From contig OX597831.1 in the NCBI GenBank assembly GCA_951406725.2, positions 27,280,001 to 27,344,000 on the forward strand: a stretch of DNA of 64,000 nucleotides. The letters run 5' to 3'. Below are positions 39,101-53,254 of the stretch, in pieces. Below the pieces are notes generated by a model. That model ran no database searches and was not told the origin of the DNA. It worked only from the letters and a program-made list of their open reading frames with translations. Every line of letters begins with the position of its first letter. Positions within the stretch are counted from its first letter, which is position 1. The DNA is from Octopus vulgaris. Lineage: Eukaryota. A program made the position numbers and the translations under genes.

Positions 39101-40074
39101 ATATTGTTCTGCTTCATTACGACACTGTCGTTCTTCATTGTATTTTTTGCGTATGTCTTCATATTCTTCATAGGAACTTTCATAAACTGGAACAAAAAGA
39201 ATAAACCGACATTATGGAACAACAACAGACCCATTGTGAGATTATAGTAGTGCACAACACACACACATATATACCACATAACACACCATTGCATAAAATG
39301 CGCCACCACCCACGCCAGTACACAGCACATACACACAAAGACAGATACATGTATATAAATACATATACCACATAACACACCACTAGACACACATTCACAC
39401 ATACACACACATGCATGTATATATATTCATACACCACACAGTACACAGGCTACATACATAGATATAAATATAGTACAAAACCCATTACACACTTACATAC
39501 ACATTATTTCACACACACACACATAAATATACATACACACATATCATAAGACAAACACACACATAAATATACGTACAGCACATAACACATCAGACAACCC
39601 AGTTTTTCAAAAACAAACATATTCACCTCTTCGGAATTCTTCCAAAGTCTCTCTGTATTGTTTCAGCGCTTCTTTCATTTCTTTGTTGTCTTTTTCAACA
39701 GTAACTAACTGGAAGTAGAGAAGAAGAAGAACCATAGATTTGCTATGAACACCACAACATCTCCACATTCTCTCTACCTTTCACCTGTGATATGACAGAT
39801 ATGCAACTGTCGAGTGTATTATCACACACACACACATAGTACATGAAAAAGATTGAAATTCAAGCTATATCCTCAAGAAGTACTTCTACTAATATTATTT
39901 TTGAAACTCAGTCTAAGGAAATATACATGGATACTTAAAGAAATGTATTTAGATATTATCATGTTATGAATTCATTGTATACATTTTAAAAATATTTTAT
40001 GTTCATGAAATGGATTTTTCATGTTGTATTGAAACAACTGTAATTGAAAATAATACTAAAAATTCCAGGCTATG

Positions 40075-40115
<41 letters not shown>

Positions 40116-42261
40116 GTGTGTGTGTGTGTGTATTCGAGTGAGATCGTTGCCGGTGCCGCTGGGCTGGCTCCTGTGTAGGTGGCACGTAAAAAACACCATT
40201 TGAGCGTGGCCGTTGCCAGTACCGCCTGACTGGCCCTCATGCTTTGGCATGTAAAAGCACCCACTACACTCTGGAGTAGTTAGCATTAGGAAGGGCATCC
40301 AGCTGTAGAAACTCTGCCAGATCATATTGGAGCAACCTCTATATACATATAGTGGGTGCTGAAATGTTCGTGGCTTTGGATAAAAGAAAATACTGGAGGA
40401 TCAGTAAATTATAATTTTATTCAAATTACTCCCCTCTCAGATTCACCCACTTATTGTGTGTGTATCTTATGATATGTATGCATATATCTGGGTGTGTGTG
40501 TGTGTGTGTGAAGTAATGTGGTGTATGTAAGTGTGTAATGGGTTTTGTACTATATTTATATCTATGTATGTCATTTAACGTCTGCCTTCCATGATAGCAT
40601 GGGTGGGACGGTTTCACAAGAGCCAACCAGACAGAAGCCTGCACCAGACCTGTGTGACTGCTTTTGCACGATTTTTACACCTGGATGCCCTTCCTAACAC
40701 CAATCACTCAGCATGTGTGCTGTGTGTGTGTAAATATATATATGTATATACACACAACCCAGAACCATGTTGTAGGGAAGCAAGCTTCTTAGCACATAGC
40801 CATGCCTGCACCTATATATATATATATATATATATATATGACAATGCTGTCTTCCACACAAATTCCTTATATGGAGCTATGACATCCCCTTTACCCTATT
40901 TCTATAATTAGAAAATCTTTATTGCCTCCTCTCATTTGTTCTTTATTCTCAGAACCTTAAAGTAGTTTGGAACAACTGAATCTTAGTCAGTCAGTTTGAT
41001 GAGCTCCACTACCTCAAATGTTCTTAAAATTTAAATCCACATCTTTGTCTATGTATCTACCTTCTCTATGATATTGCCACTTGATATGAAAATTTTTGTA
41101 TTAATGGAAAACCTCTATAATTGGCTGATGAGTACTCAGCATTTTAAAACTGTTGTAATACTTACAACATTTAATAAAATGATGTAGTACGTAACGATCG
41201 TACCAAATTACCGGAGTCATTCTTGTTGCTTATTTTGAGTATACACACACACACTGACAGGGTGAGATTCTGGACAACTGGTTGTTGTGCATCACTTGGT
41301 GCAGATGAGTCTCGTCAGGTAATTTTTCAACAGGTGTCTTGCTCAATAAACTCGGTTTTGCTCTTAGTTTGATTATAATACATTTCCTTATTAGCCTGCA
41401 GCTGGTTATGTATAGGGGGCATTGTGGTTTGGAACGACATGGCATCAAATGTACTTTATTTTTTATTGGTAATGGACCTACTTATATCCATGCTGTTGAT
41501 GACCTGCCTTTGTGTGTTTGTTAGTGTGACTAACACACAAACACCGCAACCTCCCTCTCCAACTTACCCTCTCTTTGGTTTCTCGATTCTCTTCTTCTCG
41601 GTTGTTCTGTTCCTCTTGGAGTTCAGCATTCTTTAACTTCATTTCAGCCACTTTATTCTGTAGATCTGAGAAAGGATAATCAGACATTACATGTGTGTGT
41701 GGGGGGGGGTGTACATATATGCAAATGTATATACAATTTATCATCATCATCATCATCACCCTAATTAGCTTTCCCATATTGAATTGGGTTGGATGGGTTG
41801 TGCCAGCCAGAGTCCCTAGTTAGATTTACTACCCTTCATGTCAAGTCAGAAGGCCACATCTTGGTTGCACGGGTTCATATCATTATTCTCACCATCATCC
41901 TTTAACATCTGTTTTCCATGCTGGCATGGGTTGAACAATTTGACGGGATCTTCAAAGCTGTAGGGCTGCACCAATCTCCACATCACCTCTGGCAAGTTTT
42001 CTATGGCTGTAGGCCAACCACTTTACAATGTCTACTGGATGCTTTTTGTATACTGCCAGCATTGATGAGCTTGCCAAATAAATTACAAGGCAGAAAAGAT
42101 CTTGTCATTCATATGGTTTCAGGTTCAATCCCATCATGTGGCACCCTCCGACAAGTGTCTTCTACTATAGCCCTGTACTGATCAAAGATTCATGAGTGGA
42201 TTTGGCAAATGGAAACTGAAAGAAGCACATAATATATAAATATATATATGTGTGTGTATGC

Positions 42262-42301
<40 letters not shown>

Positions 42302-42967
42302 CTATCTTGTTGCTTTGACACCACGTGATAGATGTAAACGAATGTCACTGTTATGCAAGCAGTGTCCTGCATTCTGAATCTTCCATGAAAACAAGTTTGG
42401 TTGTGGAGGAAATATGATTTTACTTGGAAGCAGGTGAGGGTTTGTGACAGGAAGGGCATCTGGCCCTAAAAAATCTGCTTCAATGAAATTCTGCTCAAAT
42501 CATGCGAGCATGGAAAAACAGCTGTTAAACCAATGATGATGATGTGTGTGTATATATACATGCATCCACATGTTAGTATATTTATTCATTCACAACCTTA
42601 ATAAAGTACGTAATACTTTAGAAAGTAGAGCTACATCTATTCATTTAGATCTGTTTTGAGCTCTTTAGAACTCATGAAACAGTTGTTAACACCATAAACA
42701 ATTATTTATTTATATGTATGTATGTATGAGTGCAGATTTGTATGTTTTGTTTTATGTATGTAGGTATTCTCATGCATATAGTTGCATGTCTAGACATGTT
42801 CATATATATTTAAATGATAAACTTCTGGAAAGTTTTACAGATTTTTACAGTTCCAGTAATGGATTGGATCTGTAGTCTTTGAATTAGCTTTCTCCTTTCT
42901 GCTTTTGAGAAGCCTAATTTCCCAAGATTGGTATTTAGGCAGTGTGTGTGTGTGTGTGTTTGAATGC

Positions 42968-43016
<49 letters not shown>

Positions 43017-43206
43017 AATGTATGTATATATGTGTGTGTGTGTGTGTGTGTGTATATATGAATGTATGTATGTATATATGTATATATATATATGTGTGTG
43101 TGTGTACGAATGTATGTATGTATATATATGTGTGTGTGTGTGTGTGTACGAATGTATGTATGTGTATATATATATATGTATGAATGTATGTATATATGTA
43201 TGAATG

Positions 43207-43264
<58 letters not shown>

Positions 43265-44778
43265 AATGTATGTACGTATATATATACAAGTGTAAAAATA
43301 TATATATATATATATAATGTACAAAGTATGGGGGTTTAGTTCACAGGTGACCTAAATGATTAGGTACACTAGGTAAGAGCTGTAACGGATTACTAGGGCT
43401 CCATATTTATAGCTGAGACAGTAGCTATGGAGCTATTTCAGATTTCCAATGCAGTGGATATATAATTGTTAAAGAGGGCAACAAACATTAAGGCAAGGCA
43501 AATATCTCAAGTCGTATACAATATTATTATTGGAAATAATTCAGTCTTACAGCTGTTTCTGGGATATCTCCAAGTATGGGATATTCTGTCATCAGAGACA
43601 AGACAAATAGGGAAAAATAAGGAAAATGAGAATGGTATATATAATAATGAAATGACGACATAGAGGAAGGGAGTAAAAGAATAAGGAGATGGAAATAGAG
43701 AAGGAAAAAGAAACATAAAAGTTCATAGTTCAACTTTCGGAAAGTTCTTTTTTCTTCTCTCTTTCCAACTCCTTATTCTTTTACTCCCTTCCTCTATGTC
43801 GTCATCTCATTAATATAGGCGCAGGAGTGGCTGTGTGGTAAGTAGCTTGCTTACGAACCACATGGTTCCGGGTTCAGTCCCACTGCATGGCACCTTGGGT
43901 AAGTGTCTTCTATTATAGCCTCGGGCCGACCAATGCCTTGTGAGTGGATTTGGTAGACGGAAACTGAAAGAAGCCCATCGTATATATGTATATATATATG
44001 TGTGTATGTGCGTGTTTGTGTGTCTGTGTTTGTTCCCCCAACACCGCTTGACAACCAATGCTGGTGTGTTTACTTCCCCGTAACTTAGCGGTTCGGCAAA
44101 AAGAGACCGATTAAATAAGTACTAGGCTTACAAAGACTAAGTCCTGGGGTCGATTTGATCGTCTAAAGGCGTTGCTCCAGCATGGTCACAGTCACATGAC
44201 TGAAACAAGTAAAAGAGAAATGAGATACCATTCTTATTTTCCTTATTTTTCCCTATTTGTCTTGTCTCTGATGACATAATATCCTATACTCAGGGATATC
44301 CCAGAAACAGCTGTAAGACTTAGAATTTTTTGCATACGACTTGAGATGTTTGCCTTGCCTTAATGTTTGTTGCCCTCTTTAACAATTGCATGTATGTATG
44401 TATATGTATATATATATATCTGGACGCCATGATAGATCGTTAGCTCCTACACGCATTTTTTTCTCTCCTTGTTTTTTTTCTATGTATCTTTCTGTCGAAG
44501 AGCGTAGGCTCGAAACATAAAAGACTTTTTCTATTTCTATTCCTGAGCGCTATACTAATACATTTGTTTGTTTGTACTCCACCTGCCTTCGTCTTTTGTT
44601 TATTTTCGTAAACTTTCCCCGTTATATATCATCATCATCATCATCATCATCGTTTAGCGTCCGCTTTCCATGCTAGCATGGGTTGGACGGGTCAACTGGG
44701 GTCTGTGAAGCTGGAAGGCTTCGTCAGGCCCAGTCAGATCTGGCAGTGTTTCTACAGCTGGATGCTCTTCCTAATGCC

Positions 44779-44847
<69 letters not shown>

Positions 44848-44853
44848 GTGTGT

Positions 44854-44912
<59 letters not shown>

Positions 44913-47826
44913 CATGTGTGTTTATGTATATATATGTGTGTCTGTGTATGTATATATATATGTGTGTGTGTGTGTATATATATAAATCCCAGAAACCTTT
45001 ACTGTTACAGTGTATAAACATGTGACATCAACCATCTCTCCATACCCTCTCCCACCCACCACATAAATTCCTGCTATGCAATGGGAATTTGTTAAGCCTA
45101 AATTCCATCAAGAGATGATGATGATGACAGACAGAAAGATAATTTGCTAAAATAATTTCAAATATGGTATTTCTGAGTCACCATTTGATATTTCTACTGC
45201 ACTGAACTGTCAACTTTTTATTCTCACCTGGCACACAGTCAACTAGTATTTCCTTCCATCTCTCCTGTCTGTCTTCCATCCGCCTGTCAGTCTATCTGTC
45301 TATCTATCTATCTGTCTGTATGTTCATCCATCCATCTGTTTATCTGTCTATCTAGGTAAATCCATTTATCTGTCTATCTATCATCTATCTATCTAGCTGA
45401 CTATCTACTTACCTCTCTTTCTCTCTCCTTGTCTATCTATCTATCATTCTATCTCTATATTTGCGACTGACTCTCTATTTGTCTGTCTCCCTACCTACCT
45501 ACCTACCTACCCACCACCCATCCACCTATCCGTATATATCAGTTTGTCTTAATGCCTGAATATTTGTATCTGTTTGACTGTCTATTAATTATTCTAATTA
45601 AATTATTCTAATTAACTAAATATTTAATCAATATATCAAGCAACCTATTCGTTGATGCACTACTTCCCTTGTCTGTATACCTATCCGTCAACCAACTATC
45701 AATCAATCCATCCACCCCTTTTGTCTATTTATCTACCTACCCATCTATCTATCTATCTATCTACCCATTTATATATCTAACCATCTACCCCTCTACCCAT
45801 CTATCTACCTCTCTACCCATCTATCTACCTCTCTACCCATCTATCTACCCCTCTACCCATCTATCTACCCCCTCTACTCATCCATCTACCCATCTATCCA
45901 TCCATCTACCCATCCATCTACCTGTCTATCCATCCATCTACCCGTCTATCCATCCATCTACCCGTCTATCCATCCATCTACCCGTCTATCCACCCAGCTA
46001 CCCATCTATCCATCCATCTACTCGTCTATCCATTCATCTAACTGTCAATCCATCCATCAATCTATATCTATCTATCTATCTTTCTATATCTATTTATCTT
46101 CCTAAATCTATCTATCTATATCTATCTACCCATCCATCCATCATTCTGCCTGTTTGTCTATACATCTATTTTTATCTACAAATGGAAAACATCAACAGTT
46201 CCTTCTTACCCTGGGACATAAAACAAAACAAACCACCACCACCACCACCACCACATGCCACAGCCACCACCACTACCCTACTAACCATTTCATCTAACCA
46301 CCATCACTTCTACACCTTCACTGCCACCATCGTCACCCACACATCTCCCAGTTAACCCCTCCACCCTAATCTTCCCAATCAGTTGTCAGTTCCATCCTTT
46401 ACCTTCCAGTTGATTCTGGTAATGGATCCTCTCCTCTGATTCCTCATTCTGTTGACCACCATCTTCCTTCTCTATATCAATTTCAAACACACGAAGGTCT
46501 GCATTTAAATCTAGTTTAGACAGCAAATCCTGGCTCTTCCGACGCAATTCTTTGTTTTCTTTGGTCACCTGGAAGCAAAGAGACAACAAAATCAAATGAC
46601 ATGGAGATTTGTTCTTAGACACACACATACACACACACACTCTCTCTTCCTCTCTCACACAAGTACACACACACACACACACACTCTCTCTCTTACTCAC
46701 ACACAAGCAAACACACTTTCTTTTTCTTATATAAACATTCCCTTTCACTCACACTCTCACACACATTCTCTCACTTTCTCTTTCACAACATTCTCTTCCA
46801 CTTACACACATGCACTCTCTCTCTCTCTCTCTCTCTCACACACACTATCTCTTTTCACCACACATACTCTCTCTCAGTCTCACACACATATACTCTCTTT
46901 GCATAGACTCTCTTTTTCTCTCATTCACATAATAAGCAAGCTTTCATCTGCCTACTCTGTTGGAGTATTTCAACTGACCAAAATGTAAACTCAGTAATGT
47001 CCATTTTATCCTGAGGGTCTTTCACCCAGGATACTCAAAATGCACACTTATATGATATATTCCAGTTCTATATTTAAGAGATGAGGAATTATGTACATTG
47101 TTTACATTATTTACATTTGATAGAGGGCATATAGTGTAGTGGTTAAGAGTGCGGGGCTTTTAAACCCCAAGATTCCGAGTTCAATTTCAGGCAGTGACCT
47201 GAACAACAACAACAATAATAATAACAACAACATCAAAAAATACCTTAGGAATGAGAACCCAGGTATGAAATTTCCCCAAGACACCTGATGAAGGCTGGCG
47301 GGTATATCAGCTGAAACGTTGTGTTAACAACAAACAAGATGAGGACAAATGTCCGTCAAATGGAAATAATGTATATTATATATGTTTTGTAATTTATATT
47401 GGGTTCGAAGTGAAACAATTTTAGGCAATGTTAATTAATTCATTAATTAATTTATATCCATTGAATCTCTCCATTTTCAAACTTATCAATAATATTTGAT
47501 GTTTCATAATATATTTTTTGAAGAAATATTTCTTAAAAATATGATATATTAAATCAGAGTATCTGGGATAAAACTTTCCCTATAATAGGTTTAAATATCC
47601 TCATAGTGTATCATCATCATCATCATCATTTAATGTCCATTGTTCATGGTGGCATGGGTTGGACGGTTTGACTGGGCTGGCATGCTGGAAGGCTGCACTA
47701 GGCTCCACTTTGATTTTCTATGGCTGAATGATATGGGTGCTTTTACGTGCCAATGGCATGACTGTGATTTTGCTCAGCTTGATGGATTTTCTTCCCGAGC
47801 ATGACAAAGCCAATAGTCTCAGTCGT

Positions 47827-47866
<40 letters not shown>

Positions 47867-48349
47867 CAAAAGGGGACAAGAACACAATACATCCGGACAA
47901 CTAGGTGATACAAAAAGGGACAACAAAACATCTGACGATACAAAAAAACAATGACGGGACATTCGAAGCTTTCTATCCTCAGTCAAGAACCAGATCAGCC
48001 TCACAATTTCGGCTGATTAATCTTGAGATTGCTCCAATCTGGCCAGCCCCAAGGAAAAAATAAGCTAAGAGCATTAAATTCCTTGGAAGAAAGCATCAAA
48101 AGTATACGAAAGCAAACACAGAAAAACAGATAATGTTACACAAATATATATATATATATATATCATCATCATCATCATCGTTTAGCGTCCGTTTTCCATG
48201 CTAGCATGGGTTGGACGGTTCTACTGGGGTCTGTGAAGCCAGAAGGCTTTATCAGGCCCAGTCAAAACTGGCAGTGTTTCTACGGCTGGATGCCCTTCCT
48301 AACGCCATATATATATACACATACATACATACATACATACTTACATACA

Positions 48350-48409
<60 letters not shown>

Positions 48410-51400
48410 GTCATGAAGAAGAAGTATTCTTGCACAATAAAAATTTGCACAATAAAAATTTGTCAGAACACCTCAGCCAGCTCAGAATGCCCTGAGGATG
48501 TGGTGTTTTGATGCCATTTTGTCTTGAGCAAGAATTCTGTTGTTTCTTTTGTTTTTTTTTTTACCTCCATGGCAAACTGCAGTGAAAAGCCTTTCAAACA
48601 TATTTGAACAGGTCTTAAGTTTTGTTTATTCCAGTCACTGCTTTGCATGTCTATTCATAAATGTGTGTGTACGTGTGTGTGTGCATGTGTGTGAGTGTGT
48701 AAACATTGATGTTTCACAGATGTATGAACAAAAAGCAGTGCTGATGTCAACATTACTTGTTGACATTACATCCAGTTGCTCAGCACTTTCAAAGACCTGT
48801 GAAATGTAAAAAAAAAAAATTTCCTTTACCTGAAAAACAGGTGATGGTTGGCAACAGGAAGAGCTTCAGATGATAAAACCCTCTCTCAGTATCAATTGCC
48901 ATCCAAGCTATACTAACACGCGAAAAAGAAAAAAAAACATCCACCAACCACATAGACACACACACACAGACTCACATAGCTGTTGAAGTCCAAATTCTAG
49001 TGATGATATTTTGTTCAACAGTTAAAGACAAAACCTTTGTTTATGTATTAGAAAAATTCAAAGAACAAGACACAATCAATATAAGTTTTCAATGTATACC
49101 AACTCTATGGTTTATATAAGTGTGTTGTACTTACTTTAGATGCATATTTTTCAGCTTCTTGTCGACAATCTGATTCAATTTGATATTTGGCTTTCAGAAA
49201 TTGGTATTCCTTCCACACTGGTTCCAATACTAAATAAAAGGAGGAAAGTGGAGAGACAAAAGAAAATAAATGAAAACAGATAAAGAATATGATACACACA
49301 CACACACATGTGTGTGTATATATATATATTCCCACTTAAACATGGATGTTCTGTTTGATCAGATTTTACAGTGGTATTTGCCATGAGAGAAACTCTCATA
49401 TATGATTTTGGTGCAGAATGCACACTTGTTGGGTTCTATCACCAGTGGGGAACTAACCCCACACCAACTCCAGTGTCGAGGCCACGAGATCATATGATTT
49501 TGATCTCCTTTGATCACATTGGTGGTAGATGTTCAACCGCAAGAGATAGCAGTGACTATATATATATATGTGTATCATCATCATCGTTTAACATCCACTT
49601 TCCATGCTGGTATGAGTTGGATGGTTTAACTGAGGCTAAGCCAGTAGGCTGCACCAGGCTCCAATCTGATTTGGTAAGGTTTCTACAGCTGGGTGCACTT
49701 CCTAGCACCAACCACTCCAAAGATGTAGTGGGTGCTTTTTACGTGCCACTGGTACAGAAGCCAGTCAGGGGGAACTGGCATTGACCACATTTGGATGGTG
49801 CTTTGTACATGCCACCAGCACAGGGAGCCAGTCAGGCAACATAGCATCAATCCAAGCTCAAATGGTGCTTATTACATGCCACCAGCATTGGTGCCAGTGA
49901 GGCGGCACTGGCCATGATATATAAGAGAGATCAATCTGAAGTCAGTTCATTGCACCTCTTCCTCTCCAGTGTCTGATGCTGAAGAGGGGGTAACTACTTC
50001 AAAATGCATGCATCCATCAATCTAGATTGGGTTGAGCGCTTCAAACTGACTTGGTCTATTTACACCTATTTGTCAAAAGTGGAAAATTTTCTTCATGTCA
50101 AGATACAAAGAATGGCTCTCTAATGGATTTGAATATACTTCCCATACATACTTATTTCATTAACCCTGAAAGGATGAACGGCAAAGTTGACATTGGAAGA
50201 ATTTGAACCCTGAACGTAAAGAGGGACAAAATGCTGCTAAGCATTTTACCCAGTGTGCTAACGATTCTGCCAGCTTGCCACCCTATATTATAAGAATAAA
50301 AATAATAATGATGATTTCAAATTTTGCCACAAGGGCAGCCATTCTTGGGGGAGGAGATAAGTTGATTACATCAACCCTAGTATTTCACTTGTACTTAATT
50401 TATTGACCCCGAAAGGATGAAAGGCAAAGTTGGCCTTGGCGGAATTTGAACTCAGCGGTTTTTCATCTGTCTTTACGCTCTAAACATTTCTCCCAGCACG
50501 CTAATGATTCTGCCAATGATAATAATAGTCTTTCCTACAAGGAAATGATAATAATAGTCTTTCCTACAAGGCCCGAAATTTTTGGGGAGGGAGCCAGTCG
50601 ATTAGATCGACCCCAGTATGCAACTGGTACTTAATTCATCAACCCCAATAGGATGAAAGGCAAAGTCAACATTGGTGGAATTTGAACTCAGAACATAAAG
50701 ATAGATGAAATACCACTAAGCATTTCTCCCGACATGCTAATAATTCTGCCAGCTCACCGCCATAATAATAATAATAATAATAATAATGGTACAGCTACTT
50801 ACATTTAGTGAGATCTTCGAACTTATCTTCAAGTGAAGTTTTCGCTCGGATAAGTTTTCCTCTCTGAAAAGAGAAATAAGAAATTACAACATAAATATAC
50901 ATATGTATATATGTATGTGCATATGCATGTGTGTATGTCTATACACACATACACACTCTCCTGGTTTCTGGATCAGTTCCATTACACAAAACCTTGGACA
51001 ACTATCTTCTACTATTGCACTGGGCCAACCAATGCCTTGTCAGTGGAATTCGGTCGGTGGAAATTGTAAGGAAGCCTTTAATATATCTATATGTGTGTGT
51101 GTATGTGTATAGATATAGATATATAGTTGAAATTTACAGAAAGACAAAAGACAAGTGTATGAACAACAAGCAGGTGTTTTAGTTTGAAAGTCTTTTATGC
51201 TTCGAGAAAGGAATAAGAGAAAATAATCAGAGAGAGAATAAAAATCTGAACAACCAAGCATAGCGGCTGGTTTTATACACACACACACACACACACACAC
51301 AGGTGAGCACATGAGTGCAAAACAAGGTGGAAAAAATAGTACTCAAATACCAAAGGTAGAGTAATATAATATTGTATTAAAGCTGCAAAATTATCACAGA

Positions 51401-53223
51401 ACTGTCACTCAGAGTTTCACATTCCTGATCTGTGATAATTTTGCAGCTTTAATTAAAAACTATATATATATAAGAATTTTTTGTATAATGAAATAAAAAA
51501 ACCAAGGCTGTGTAGATATTAGAACATTTATAGATAGGTCTTACAGCTGTTTCCAGGATATTTATTAATTACTAGCAGTATCGCCCGGCGTTGCTCGGGT
51601 TTGTAAGGGAAATAACTATATAAGCATTTTTAGAGAGTTATAGCGAAAAAATAGCAAAAGAATGCATTAAAAATGGAAAAAAAAATGATGGTAAATTTTT
51701 TTTTAAATCGTTGACTCATCGTAGACATTTTTAGAGAGTTACTTCCCTTATATAATAGCGAAAAAATGCATTAAAATGGAAAAAAATGATGGTAAATTTT
51801 TTTTTAAATCGTAGACTCATCGTAGATGCGCACTAATACCCAGAAGGGCTTGATATGAATCACGACTATAAGTTAAACTGCACCGCAAAATGTGGGAGTA
51901 GTTAGGAATCTAAATCGTAGGAGACAGACATACAACCTCACTTTTATATATAAAGATATCTCTTCATCGGAGATGGTGTGAGAGGATGATTAAGTCATAA
52001 TTAGTTAAGTTATATGTATATGTATGTACACATACATGTTTTTTTTCCTGTCTCCATTTTCATTCCTCGTTTCTTTCTGTTGAAGAGCATAGGCTTGCAG
52101 TGTGAAAAACTTTTCCATTTTTTCCTGAGCATCAAACTAATACATCTCGTTAAGAAGAGAAAGAGAGAGATAGAGAAATGTATGTGCATATATGTATGTA
52201 CATGCTTGTGTTTGTGTGAATGTTTACACTGCACTTCACACAAAAGAACACTATACTGCAGACGGTGACATTTGTTGACATTACCCTGTTGACAACTCCT
52301 CTGCTAGATCTGTACTTTCAAATACAAGTGCAGTAAAATCTACCTCATTTGAAAAATAGGTGTGGCATCATTTGAGTATTCAATCAAAAGTTTCACATAC
52401 AAACAAGCCTTACACACACATATATTTTTTAATTACTTGTCTCAGTCATCCCGTGGCCATGCTGCAGCACCACTTTAGAGAATTTTTAGTCAAATGAATC
52501 AACCCCAGCACTTATACTTTTCTTCAAGCTTAATACTTATTCTATCATTCTCTTTCACTGAACCACTATGTTACAGGAACATGATAAACATGCCAACACC
52601 AGCTGCAAATCAGCGAGGGAGGACAAACTGACACACACATATATGACAGGCTTCTTTCAGTTTCCATCTACCAAATCCACTCACAAGGTTTTGGTCAGCC
52701 CGAGTATATAGTAGAAGACACTTGCCCAAGGTGTCGCGCAGTGGGACTGAACCCAGAAACGTGGTTAGGAAGCAAGCCACTTACCACACAGTTATGCCTG
52801 TGCCTGTATAAATATTTATGAAGCAGAGAACAAAAGATTGTAGCATGTAATGAGCTGTGTTAGAAAAGACTTGCCCAACGTAAGCAAGCATTGACAACTG
52901 AAGGTAAATTGAGGACAGTGATGTAGATGACACTCACACTCTCACAAACACACACTCACAGATGGATGAAGGGATGGGTCTCGGTCAGTTATTAGGGACG
53001 AGAATTCAGATATTTGATTGACTGAAATACCTAGACATCATGGTATCAACCAAGCTATCAGGTGTTGTTATACACTGTACATTATTTACATTCGACGGAT
53101 ATTTGTCCTCATCTTGTTTGTTGTTAACACAACGTTTCGGCTGATATACCCTCCATCCTCCTTCAGGTGTCTTGGGGAAATTTCGAACCTGGGTTCTCAT
53201 TGCTAAGGTATTTTGTTTTTCGA

Positions 53224-53254
<31 letters not shown>

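Larger units (their letters stand above)
43463..44388. repeat. Penelope-like fold-back, arms of about 250 bp, right arm split by a SINE
   Basis: 43463-43715 is the reverse complement of 43744-43817 plus 44222-44388; one hammerhead per arm. Confidence 0.8.

Noticed and set aside
41230-41448. [10 protein letters not shown] resembling the Penelope Cys motif upstream of GIY-YIG
   Set aside because: Too short and degenerate to support without a profile search.
45669-46355. 228-aa YPSIHLS-repeat ORF
   Set aside because: Translation of an (ATCT/ATCC)n tract.
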